Source: Podarcis bocagei (taxonomy: Eukaryota). From it: a stretch of 64,000 nt of DNA. The stretch lies in assembly GCA_964188305.1 (NCBI GenBank), contig OZ076889.1. One strand, 5' to 3'. A program made the translations under genes and the position numbers. Each line of letters begins with the position of its first letter. Positions within the stretch are counted from its first letter, which is position 1. Of the stretch, positions 1 through 49,932 are shown one piece after another. The notes under the pieces were generated by a model, which made no database searches, was not told the origin of the DNA, and worked only from the letters and a program-made list of their open reading frames with translations.

Positions 1-734
1 TCATGCTTAGGAACTCACTGCTGTGCTTTGCAATAAGGAAATATTTGTTTTCTGTTTGTGTGGTTGGCTGGTATTTCTGAAAGTCTTCAGATTTTCGCAT
101 TTTCCTCAATGTGTCAGACACAGTGCACCTTTCCATTCTCTGCTTGTGGCACGCTGTAATCTGGATGACAATGTATTGTTTAATGCATATAGTCCTGTCC
201 CATTAAGAACATAGGAAGAGCCCCACTGGGTCACATCCAAGGCCTAGTAGTTTGTCCAGCTCCCTCCACAACATGTTTTGACTATACGCAATTTAGGCTT
301 TTGGTGTGATCCCCAGAATGTAACCCCTTGTGTAAGTTGTGAGCTTACTGTAGTGCAGTCTTAGTCCAGAAAGAAAACGAATTGATAACACTGTATGCAA
401 TGAACTGAACAAAAACATAGTATGAGGAGAAATAAACAGGGATTTTGTGTTTCTGAACAATTCAGGCCAAGTCCATACTAGGAACATATACAGCAACTAC
501 ACAGTGGAAAACTCCCTTAGAACCGCACAGGCAACCAGAGCACAAGTTACCTTAGAAAGGATCATGCCATTCTGACTGATTGCTAGGCAACAACAACAGA
601 TTCTTGGTTAGCTGTACTTCTAGTGTTGTGATACTCTTGGACTATATACTGAACAGGGCTTTACTCTTGAAGGTGATAGCACGTGTACCTATCAGCTCAG
701 GAGTATGTGAAAAAGAAAAAACTTAACCCCTGTA

Positions 735-1067
735 CAGTGGTGCCCCGCAAGACGAATGCCTTGCAAGATGGAAAACTTGCTAGACGAAAGAGTTTTCCGT
801 TTTGGAGGTGCTTCGCAAAACGAATTTCCTATGGGCTTGCTTCGCAAGACGACAATGTATTGCGAGTTCCTGCTGGTTTTTCCCCCCTCCCCCCTTTTCT
901 AAGCCGCTAAGCCGCTTATCAGCTGATCCGATCAGCAGATAAGTCGCTAAAAGCCGCTAATAGCGCTAATCCGCTAATCCTTCAATGGGCTTGCTTCGCA
1001 AGACGAAAAAACCGCTAGACAAAGAGAATCACAGAACGGATTCTTTTCATCTTGCGAGGCACCACTG
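735..1067 (+). mobile_element. Tc1/mariner (Tigger-like) MITE, copy 1
   Basis: TIRs CAGTGGTGCCCCGCAAGACGAA / TTCATCTTGCGAGGCACCACTG with TA on both sides; near-identical copies at 4359-4699 and 55829-56161. Confidence 0.9.
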
Positions 1068-1091
1068 TATCTATAATAGGTGTCAATTCCT

Positions 1092-1723
1092 ACTATAGGG
1101 TTGTATGGGGTGTTATGGGAGGGGTAGTACCTCTGGTGGGGGGACACGTCATGCTCCTTCTGGAGTAATTTCTCCACCTTCGGTTCCCACCGTGCACTCA
1201 GCTCCTAGAAGCTGTCAGCATGCGACAGCAGCCACACCCCAGGAACAGCTACAACTGGCTGCCTAAACCAGGTGAGGGTAGCCAATGGGTCTTAAACCCT
1301 TGGTGAGTTAGGGAAAGGGAAAGGAGCTAGGAGAAGGAAAACTCTGATCCTAAACCTTTGCTGCCTTGCAGCTATACTCATTTGTGAGAAAGGTTTCGGG
1401 AGTAAACCCCAAGGTACAATCTGTACCCGTAGACTTGAGGGACAACCCTACACAAATTCGTAGCGGAGTCCCTAAGATGGTTGGATGGCATCTTGTAAAC
1501 CTCCTTCTGGCAACTCCTGCAGCCAAGCTGGTGCCAAACATAATGCTCTGCTTTCCTTTGGATCACATTAGCAAGGCAAGAGTTGTCTGGGGAGCCCAGG
1601 ATCTCCAGACACACTGCCCAGGCTTGTGCCCTGGGAAGGTCACTTTGGTGCTGCTAACAAAGTGGTTTGACTTCACCCCCAGAGGTGCACTCCATTGTCC
1701 CTCGAGACAGATGGATACCAACA
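1092..1723 (+). mobile_element. Probable RTE-derived non-autonomous retroposon
   Basis: 3' end CTCCATTGTCCCTCGAGACAGATGGATACCAAC resembles RTE LINE termini (from memory). Flanked by an imperfect direct repeat TGTCAATTCCT (1081-1091) / TGTCAATCCCT (1724-1734). No ORF. Confidence 0.5.
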
Positions 1724-3800
1724 TGTCAATCCCTGGTCTCAAGTATCCTTCCTCGGTGTTTAGATCAATGCATCTTTACAGTGTGTGATCCTGCAGTGGG
1801 GCAGACAGTCCAGGATTCAAAGGGTGTTGATAACTTTCAGATCCATAGCCACTGTGGTTTAAAAATCTGGTGCCTGAGCATATTAGCGTGTGGGGATTTG
1901 TCAGCTGCCTGAGTGCTAGCAGAAGGCACCCAGAGGCTTTTCGACTGTGATACTCAAAAACTAGGAAACAATGTTGTTTCTATTTGTAGATATTTTGAAG
2001 TGAGGAGGAGTGACTAAAAAAAACCCCTCAGTTTAGATCTAACTAATTATTTTGAGATGACAAAACAGCTCATATTCACAGCATCTTTTCTGAAACATGT
2101 TTTGCTTTCTAACTGCCAAATGCAGAGCCTGTATCCTTGATCCTAGTTGATGACACACAAAACATGCTTCCCAGGGTAGGATTAAAGATCCCTCATGCCT
2201 TGGCATTGATTAGGAAGAAACAAATCCTAAATCAATGGACTTCTCCTTTGCATACCATCATTCAGACATGGCCCAGAGAACTTGAGATGTATCACCTGTC
2301 CCCTGAGCTGACTTGTATGGTTAATGGTTCAAACTTCAGGAGCATCTCTTGCCAAGTCCAGTATGTCTTATTAGCTTAATCAGCAATGTAAACATGGATA
2401 CACTGGCTAACTGGAATTCCATCATGAGAGCACACTGGGGAATGTGAAGTATGGAAAATATACAAACATTGAACAAAAGGATCCTTGGGTTAAGGATGCT
2501 TGCTGTCAAATACCCAATGGCAGCAATTCTGCTGGCAGGAATTAAACCTCATACAGCTGCCTGCCAGTTTCCCTCTGCACTCTGACCATGTACAGATTTC
2601 TTATTTGTAAATGTTTTAAGTTATATGTGCACTTTCCTTGGTCAGTTCAGATTCCCAGGCATGTAGATTTCCCTGGATTCTGATCCTTGACTCCAGCTGA
2701 CCCTGTGTACCTCCACTTGTGATGTTGAACAAGGTCTTCAGGGATGCATGTTTGGTCCTGTTGTTTGCAGTGTTGGTGCCGCATCAGTTCAGATGTAAGA
2801 GGGACAAAAAGTGAGTTGGAGATGTAGCCTTTGTTACTTAGGCTTATTCTAGTTTGGAAATGAACTGATTTATTTACAGTATTCCATTTTATTCTTTTCC
2901 ATTCCATGAACTTGTAACACATCCATTTCCCTATATTCTGTATCTGACATTGTTGGAGGCTGAAAATAGCTCTGAAGGTATAAGGTGCATCCTGTGGTTG
3001 AGCTATGGGCCTGCTGTTATCAGCAATGGATTTTGTTTGCCGCATACTGTACTTGCTTCATCCTCCCAATCATTGATGGATTCATTCTATGGTATACCTT
3101 CCTGCTCTCACCAATGTGTTTCTCGTTTCCCTGTAGGCATCACCTGCTGCAAGAGCTCTGTCTGAAGGATGCCATTCATCATTATCGCCCCTCCCCTTTA
3201 TGGTACACTACCCCACCACCACCACTCAAACTAACACCCTAGGTGAACCTCCACCACCTTCCCTTATGTCATGTGGTAGGACAGGGTGAAAACTATGTTC
3301 AGGGGGTTCTCCCCTATGAGGAGAGAGGAAGGGGCTTTATGTGTGAACGGCTGCTCCAGGGCAGGAAAAGCAGAGGTGATACGCGTGGGAAGAGGCGAAA
3401 TGTTTGCTGTTGCTCTTTGAATCTTTTAAATGTCTCCAGCCATGCTTCCCCTGCTTTCTCTGCTCCATTCCTGTCACGTGGCTTTAGGTTTAAACCATCC
3501 CTTACCATGTGCATCCATTGGAGAGCTGCCATTAAGGAGGAAGAGGGTCAGGTAAGGGCCATATTAGGTAGAAAGCGTGAGCTCACAAGGAAGTCGTATG
3601 AATTTCTCAGGAGCTCCCCAGCAGAAGCACTTGAGGTACTGACAAGAGTTCTGTGGCCATCGTTAGTCAAGCTAATCAGTGTTTAAATATTCATCTCAAG
3701 TCTGTGATTTGGCTAGCCACTTGCCACTTGCCAGAACTGGACTTTCTTAAATGCAGTGCCTGATTTAGCAAAGTTCTACTTTCAGTGATTACTTTTACCT

Positions 3801-4130
3801 GGGGAGAGCCAGTGTGGTGTAGTGGTTAAGAGCGGTAGTCACGTAATCTGGGTAACCGGGTTCGTGTCTCCGCTCCTCCACATGCAGCTGCTGGGTGACC
3901 TTGGGCCAGTCACACTTCTCTGAAGTCTCTCAGCCCCACTCACCTCACAGAGTGTTTGTTGTGGGGGAGGAAGGGAAAGGAGAATGTTAGCCGCTTTGAG
4001 ACTCCTTAAAGGGAGTGAAAGGCGGGATATCAAATCCAAACTACTACTACTACTACTACTACTACTCTTCTTCTTCTTCTTCTTCTTCTTCTTCTTCTTC
4101 TTCTTCTTCTTCTTCTTCTTCTTCTTCTTC
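3801..4130 (+). mobile_element. tRNA-derived CORE SINE (Squam3/Ther1-like) with (CTA)n(CTT)n tail
   Basis: A-box TGGTGTAGTGG, B-box-like GGTTCGTGTCTCC, CORE-like GGGTGACCTTGGGCCAGTCAC, simple-repeat tail at 4040-4130. Confidence 0.8.
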
Positions 4131-4358
4131 CAGTAATCCTTAATCAAATGTTACTAAGGTCTATATCTGCCCCAATACACCAGCATCTAGTATAAATGCC
4201 ACCTGTTTGAGGTGAAGCTTGCCTGACATGTCTAGTTGTAAATGCTCTGCAATGAGTTTGGAGGATCTTTTCATATGGGACAGAAAGGGAAATGCTTGTC
4301 TTTATCCTAGAGCTTGTTTACACAGTAGGATAGAATCTCTTAATAAGATTTTTATATA

Positions 4359-4699
4359 CAGTGGTGCCTCGCAAGACGAAAAGAATCCGTTCTGTGATTC
4401 TCTTCGTCTAGTGGTTTTTTCGTCTTGCGAAGCAAGCCCATTGACGGATTAGCGCTATTAGCGGCTTTTAGCGGCTTTTAGCTGCTAGATGCTGATGCTG
4501 ATCGGATCAGCTGATAAGCGGCTTAGCGGCTTAGAAAAAGGGGGGGAGGGGAAAAAACCCACAGGAACTCGCAATACATTGTCGTCTTGCGAAGCAAGCC
4601 CATAGGAAATTTGTTTTGCGAAGCACCTCCAAAACGGAAAACTCTTTTGTCTAGCAAGTTTTCCGTCTTGCGAGGCATTCGTTTTGCGGGGCACCACTG
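4359..4699 (-). mobile_element. Tc1/mariner MITE, copy 2 (inverted relative to copy 1)
   Basis: Reverse complement of 735-1067 with a small insertion; TA TSD. Confidence 0.9.
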
Positions 4700-7061
4700 T
4701 ATATTGAATGGATAAACTCAGCTTTAGTTCCTCTATTACTGCTTTGGAGATCCATGCAGGTTGCCAGACTGAGTATATCAGGTTTTCTGTGCATCTCCTC
4801 TTTACGATTCTCATGCTGTGCAGGTACTGACCATGGCAATGTTTATGTGGCAGATTGCTGCAAAAAAAAGTGATAGAACATACCAAGGTGATTATTGGTA
4901 TTCACATTATTCCAGGCACCCCACTTTTAAGTCACTTCAACCTTGTGAGTTCTGTGTGCAAGGCTGAGGCTGAAGCTTTAGGGGTTGTTATCTCTGGAAA
5001 AAAAATCATTGTGTAAACAGCCCCCAGGAGAATGTCTGTAAAGCTGATCTGAGACCAGATTTTGAAGGTAGCAATGTTGCTGCTGCATGAGTGACAGTTT
5101 AAGGGGTCTCAAGGCCTTCTCTTTGTTCAATCCTCAATCAGTTTAAGATGAGACAATTGCCCATTGTCTTCCACATGTTACCGTGTGCCACTGGTTGGCT
5201 TAACAGCATGTTAATATTGGCAAAAGGAATATGATAGTACATCTTATTAATATTTGAGCATGTTGCAAATTCTGTTGTTTAGTCTGAAATGTGTATCTGT
5301 TTTTCCAGTGTAATTTATAGCACATTATTTTCATCTGTGTCATGTGTGACGGAGCCTCCTATTAAAGCATTCTTTTATGAATCTCTGATAAGCAAATTCA
5401 CTGATTGGTAATTAGATTCACCCCCTGCCTTAATTGCAGTTTAATTAATATCGGACTCAAAATATAAAAGTGAAAATGAAACTAAATCTATATTCAGTAG
5501 TTTAAGCTGCATCCTGGTTCTTCATTGCCTTGGTTGCCTGAGCAACATCTTGGCTCCTCTAGGGCTTGAAAATGCCAGCTGCTACTGAACCCATGCGGGA
5601 GTGGCAGGACAGGGCTGCTTACTGGGATGGGGAAGGGCAGCGGGGAAGTTGGGAATGTGCAGCCGAACCAACAGAAGCACTAGATTGGCTCTGCCTGTGC
5701 TCCTGCACAGCTCCAACCTCACCACTTCTCTGCCCCGGTAGGTGCCAGTAACACCTGTGTCAGGAAAGTGGCTTTCTTGCACCACCGAGGCTGCTACTTG
5801 GCCCATAAAAGTGTGTGGCAGAGTAAGAGTGGAGCTCCTGCAGGACATTGTTAGTCTCCCACCCATCATCTGGACTAGGATCAGGGCAGATTTCTTAACC
5901 TGTGATCTCTGAATGGGGGGTAAACCTTTACTGACAAGACCAAGCACAATTCTAGTGGACTAGACTCACTAGACTGAACTGGAAGTGCAGTAGTCATTTC
6001 CTTTCCTTCTGCTGCCCATGCCTTGCTGTTCCAGCAATGACCCCTTTACTCACTGAAGTGTAGTAATAAGCATGAGGCAAGTGGGTTAAAGTTCAACAGA
6101 GCATGCTCCAGGCACCATGAATTTTCATTGTCACGATTTTTCACCCAGCTTTTTCTGTGCACAGAGACAGTCTGGTGTAGGGAACTTGGGTTTTTTTTTG
6201 TTATCTAATGTCAAGCATCCAGATGCAGAGATGCTGATAATTTCTACAAAGTAGAAGCATTGTTCAGCTCTTCACAAAGCTGCCTTTGAAGCATTTCAAA
6301 GGTTTGAAAATAGAATCTATTTTTTTCCTGGCTTGTGCAAATTGACTGCAACACGACAATGCAGAATGCTTTCTAATTTCACGGGAGTGCTCTACAACAG
6401 AGTGCTTCATAAATATTGCTTTGTCCTCTCCAAGTGCAAGCTACTCCCCCCCCCCCCCGTAGCTTCAAAGGGAGGGAGGAAAGCTGGTAAACTCTGCATC
6501 TCTCAGTTTTAAGCTCAACTTCTTTTGACTCTACAAGAATTTCCTTTCAGTCTTGTGGCATCCTCTGCATTTAATTGTGCAAGGCACATCAACTGGGCTA
6601 CCAGCTGCTCTTGCAAACCAATTGCATGCCTTGCAGCATTCCTGAATATAAGCATGAAGAATAAAAGACACTGAATGTGTGAGGATGGGGAGGAACTAAT
6701 CAGAACTATACTGAGAAACTTAAAATGGAAAGACATGAGGCTCTGAGAAAGAAAAACAGAAGCCTGTTCTTTAGGGCATGATTATTCTTTCTTAATAAAA
6801 CACTCCAGATGAGCCATTAAAGAGTCTGGCTCCTGTTCCTTGGAGTGAGCATTACATAGGAGGAGAGTTACCTGCAAAACAAAATCTTACCTGTCTCCAG
6901 ATGCTCCAGAGATGTGAAACCTCTTAAACAGTAGCTAAAGCAAGATGATTCTCCTAAGTCAGTGCGAGACAAGTCACCCATTAAGTACAATTCCAGGGTC
7001 CGGTAGTCTCAGTGATTCCTCCCTGAATGCACTCAGAACTATACAAGCAGGCAGGCATGCG

Positions 7062-7065
<4 letters not shown>

Positions 7066-7102
<37 letters not shown>
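7066..7102. repeat. (CA)n microsatellite
   Basis: Pure CA run. Confidence 0.95.
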
Positions 7103-7104
<2 letters not shown>

Positions 7105-8322
7105 GTCACATGCATGTGTGGGGCCTCAGACTTTCCAGAAGTAGGAGGCTTTGCCTGGCAAACCAGAAATTTGTCTTGTTGTTTCCTTCTGTTCTTTCCT
7201 GCTGCTGGATGAAGGGGGGAATAGAATTTCCCATCTAACAGCAAGTAGCTGAGCCATGAACATTCTTGCCATATAGATATTCAGGAAGCAGCTTGTTTTT
7301 TAACACCACTTTAGGGAAAAGAAGATTAAGCCCCACCCTACTGAATTGCATTTTTTCATTTGATGGTTGGTTGTCGCAAAGGTACTTTAGAAGCTTGCTG
7401 TTGCCTAAAGTGGTAGAAAGGCATCTGTGTCTACTTACATGACTTGGGGTTGACTTGCACTCTAGTCAGCCTGGATATTGGTCTAGTGTCCTATGCGTTA
7501 AACTGTCGGCCATCCTGGTGATGCCTGTCTGTTAAGCCAACATTAGCCATAGCCATATGTGTACCCAAGGTAGTAATTTTGTTCATTCTGGGGGAAAGGT
7601 ATTCCAAAAGTGATTGAATAATGTGGCCCTGCAATCATTGCCCTTACAGTGCATTTCTGTCTGTCTTTGTGATCCTGGAACTGCTTCACATAGCTCCCAA
7701 TTGAGCCTTCCTGGAAGTTGAAGGCCCAGTCCATTAGCTAGGATTAAATTATTCCTTGGATATTGCATGTCTTCTGCATGGACATCTCCTAACCTTCCTT
7801 CAAGCTCACCAGATTCCCTGGACCCAGCAGCTGATGGTTGCTTGTACAGTATGTGTTCATTGCCTGGAACAGAGAATTGCTCTGTTTTAGAAACATGGTT
7901 TCTCTCTGCTGATATGTACACAAGAAAAGCTGGGCACGGATCAGCACCAGAAGATGGACAAATATGGAGTGTATGTCATCCAGACTGTTCGCTGAGTCTA
8001 GGGGATCACTACATGGCAGATGTGGGTCTTCAGCCTAAAGTAGTATGTTTTAAAGCTCTTGGGAGCTCAGAAGGGTCTAGCACTGACAGTTATCCTAGCT
8101 CATTTCATGAGCTGCTGGGTTTAAGAACAAATGATTAATAGCACTGTAAGTGTCATACCTATAACGACAGCAAGGAACTGAAATTTTATCCTCTAGTATT
8201 GTTTGGTCTTATCATTCCTTCATTATTGGTCACTTATTATAAGCTGGTGTGTCTGCTTCCTATTTGGCTCCAATGCCCTTACACTGCAGTGATGCTTGTT
8301 CTTTAGTGAAAACAAAAATTAA

Positions 8323-34178
<25,856 letters not shown>

Positions 34179-35737
34179 GCTTCTGCATTAGTTGAAAAAA
34201 AGGAGGAGGAAAGAAGGAAGGAACCCTGATCCCTGTTGGTGGAATCATGCCTACTGGGCCAGACGGACTATGTTTTCCATCCAGAGAGGATTCCTGGATT
34301 ATTATTATTTTGAGGAACGTAAACCAAAAGCAGCACGGCAGGAAGGGTTTGCTTCCCACCCACTCGCAAACACCTCGGCAATACCAAAAGCTAACCAGGA
34401 AAAATTGAATACCTCTTTCCCAAAGGGCATGGCGGATGGAGGCTGAAATGCAAACCACCTCGAAGGAGGCATGGTAATGCGTTGCTCAGCCTCTTGTGTT
34501 GCCACCTTGGCTCTTGGCTGGTGGCCTTGTAAGAGGTGCAGCCTGCCAAGACGGGCACGTTTCACCGTTTTCTTTTTTGTGAAGATCCTTAACTGAAAAA
34601 AATACCTAACATTAACTGTTCTCAGGGATTGCTTTACTAAAAGTAACAGAAGCATTTATGATACTGTAAATACGATAGTATATGTGTCGCTTATTAAATT
34701 GTAAAGTTCTAATTATTTATAATTATTCTCTTTTTGTTTGGGGGATACTTGAAATGTGTTGTGGGCTGGGGATTTTGGTTTTGTTCAGCATATCCGAACA
34801 TGAGAAAAAATGAACATTTCTCAGGTTCCCCGCTCCGCCAGCACTGTTGGTGAAGAGGGGCTGGTGGGTGGTGTCTGATGAGTAGAGAGGATGGACCAAG
34901 AGTTCATGCAGAACCACCGCGACACAACAGCCCTGGAAGAGAGGAGACGAAGGTGGAAATGGCAAAGCCCGCCATCAGAGTGCGTGGACTTGGCCCATGG
35001 GCTGTCAGCCACAGCACTCGCCCTGCCTCTGCTGGTTTATGCTGTGGTTCCAGTTATAGAATACAAAGACCCCAGGAAGCCAGATTGTTGGCTGTGAAAC
35101 AGTTGGGCCCATAGTGTAAATAATCATTTTTTTTGGCCGTCCTCCACATGCCTATGGATAGATGCGTGCAAGAGCTGTATGCTATATGCGCGTGGGAAGA
35201 TGCGTCTTTCCTTTGGCAGATGGGGAGCAGGGAACACATTTTTCTCTTGCTTATGTGTGTCTTTTATTTTCAACTCCATTTCTAAACCGTTGCCTTTGAT
35301 GGCACCTGCAGAGTCTGGTGCCCTCTGGAGGACAGCCTTCCTGGTCCCATTTCTTGCTGCTCCACCTCCCACCACTGCTTAAGTGGTTCATCTTAATTTT
35401 TTAACTTCTTCCAATGAAAAATAAAGTTGGGGGGGGGTAGGAAGCAGGAGCAACACGGCTCTTCCACTTGTCTTTGTGTTCCCCTGTTCCAGTGTGTCCT
35501 AGTTTTAAAAGGGGCAGGGAGGGAATGGGGTGGGGTGGGGCAGGGGTCGGGCTGAAGGGTAGCTTAGAAAATGTGGATTAAAATTACCTACTGTCTGACT
35601 CCAGTTTTGTTTTTCACAATACTCTGAGAAAACTGGGCCAGGGAAACCCAGGTCACCCCAGTATTTGTTGCCATAGAAGTATCATTCTTCACGTCTGACT
35701 TATTTTATTTTGTGTACAACCTCTTGACCCAATGTTT

Positions 35738-35743
35738 AATAAA
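35738..35743 (+). terminator. Candidate ZSWIM5 polyadenylation signal
   Basis: AATAAA with upstream U-rich/TGTA context about 1.56 kb after the stop; other AATAAA hexamers lie near 35420 and 35818. Confidence 0.45.
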
Positions 35744-37498
35744 AAAGAAGGAAGATGTTCATACCACTTCTGTATCACTCCAGCCCTTTCTGTTGTCAGC
35801 AATGCCAATTAAAAGGGAATAAAAAGACAGCAGTTCAAAGGCAGTTGTTGAGATGGGAGGGATGTGAGTGAATGCAACCTTCTAAACCACCAGCCTTGCA
35901 TCCTTTTGGTCTGGAAAGAACCACATGTGGCTTTTGCCTCTTCCTGTACTGAGTCTCCAGTTACTTCACCAGCAAATATTTATATGTCAATACCCCCTGC
36001 CTCAGATGGAATATACTTGTTGTGCAGGAACAATCCTATAAAGAGAGTATGGATCTTTAATGTATAGTGGGATACATTGGTGTAACATCTGTGAATATCG
36101 TGGCTTAAGGCCATGAAACCTGGAAAAACCTCTCCCCCCCCCCCCGAATCGGAACATGGCTGTAGGTCCTCTTTGGAGGCCCTGCTATACGTCCTGCCAA
36201 TAGAAGATTTTGTGTGTGGCAGCACTTTGGAGGAATTCCTTCTCAAAGGAGGTAAAACTAGGCCATCCCTGAGGGTGGTTCGGAAGGCAGGGAAAGCAAT
36301 GTTATTGGCACTTGCTTTCCATATATGACTGAAGAGTCAGACTCTCATTCTTTCAATTTTAAGGCTTGAGCTTTATTTTTTGCAAGCTGATTATGCCCTC
36401 TTTGGTTTTGTTCTTTTATCTGAACCGCTGGAGGTGGTGGTGTTACGTTAGACCTAAACAGCAGTGTAGAGAAAAAACTAACAGGTCCCTGCAAGAGCCC
36501 TGCTACTCTCTTAGCTGCTGATGCCACCTTTACTAGCTGCAGCCTCAACACTGTAGCATCCCCCTTCCCACTGTAGCATACCTGTTAACAAAGCGATCAT
36601 TGCCTTCACCACCACAGTTCCTCCCATGCTATTCCAGTTCTAAGAAAAGCATCCACTGGTCTGTTTACATATCACACACAAGTAACAGACTTTGTGAGGG
36701 GCTGGTGCTGCTTGTGTCTTCTATAAACATGTTTCCTTATCATGACATGCGGCTGATAACTGTCAGATGCAACCAGGCTGAATGCTGAAGCAGACACAGG
36801 CACCACTATGGCAGCAGAGATATAGGAAAAGGAAGGCTGGATTTCTTTACTGGAGGAACCTGTTTAGCTGTTGCTGGATAATGAACAGCAGTGAGTGAGG
36901 CGCAGTGCAGCACAGCATGTTCATATTGAGAATAAATATCACAAGAGTCTTTTCCACTTATTCCTGGGTCGCCTGTTCAGCAGCAAGGACATGGTTGCTC
37001 ATCCTTCCTGAGTGGGTTGTGCATATGCAGACCTTGACTAAGCCAGAACAGCAGCACCAAAGCAGAGGAAGATTCAATCATTTAACTAAACACCATGTGC
37101 TGGATTGTTAATCCAGATGGGAAACTGTTGTAAATACTTCACTTTGCGGTATGGCACATGGCCATCACTTCGTAGAGACACATGGCTATTGCTAAAGAGG
37201 GCCCCAAACTGAGCAATTGGGTGATACAAGGTACCCTGACCCACCTTCTATTGTTAAACGGCAAAAAACTTACTCCACTGTGGAGGACAGAGCATAAGAA
37301 AGGCCACACCTAGCCACTGGTTGGAAGGGGCAAGAAAAGGATCCACCCCTTTCTCAGATAAGCTTTGTAGTGTGTAGGGATAAAGCCAGGATCAAAAGCA
37401 TTGAGTGCTTCAGGAAGTGCCCAAGACACATACATTCTCTCCCCCTCTACAACCCACCCACCATCCCAAGCATTGTGCCATTAAAATGTGGAAAGCAT

Positions 37499-37504
37499 TT
37501 TAAT
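37499..37504 (-). terminator. Candidate UROD poly(A) signal (ATTAAA)
   Basis: ATTAAA on the minus strand about 140 nt after the stop; an AATAAA alternative lies at 36372-36377. Confidence 0.35.
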
Positions 37505-37641
37505 AGTGCGCTATTACAAACCCACATCCTTGTTCTTTCTCTCAGTCCTAGTGACTGGCTCTCCAGCACTCGCAAACATGATCCTCTCTTGCTGCAGTCT
37601 CTTTGATGCTTTGTCCATTTTCCATGTGGCTCCCCAAGTCT

Positions 37642-49932
<12,291 letters not shown>

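Noticed and set aside
895-980. Short AAGCCGCTA repeats resembling a repeat-spacer array
   Set aside because: Internal repeats of the MITE, present in all three copies; eukaryotic context, no spacers or cas genes.
3801-3880. tRNA gene
   Set aside because: A/B boxes run straight into a CORE-like body and microsatellite tail, so this is a SINE head.
3839-4147. Poly-Lys/Ser ORF (also poly-HT, poly-I and LSLS ORFs elsewhere)
   Set aside because: Translations of microsatellites.
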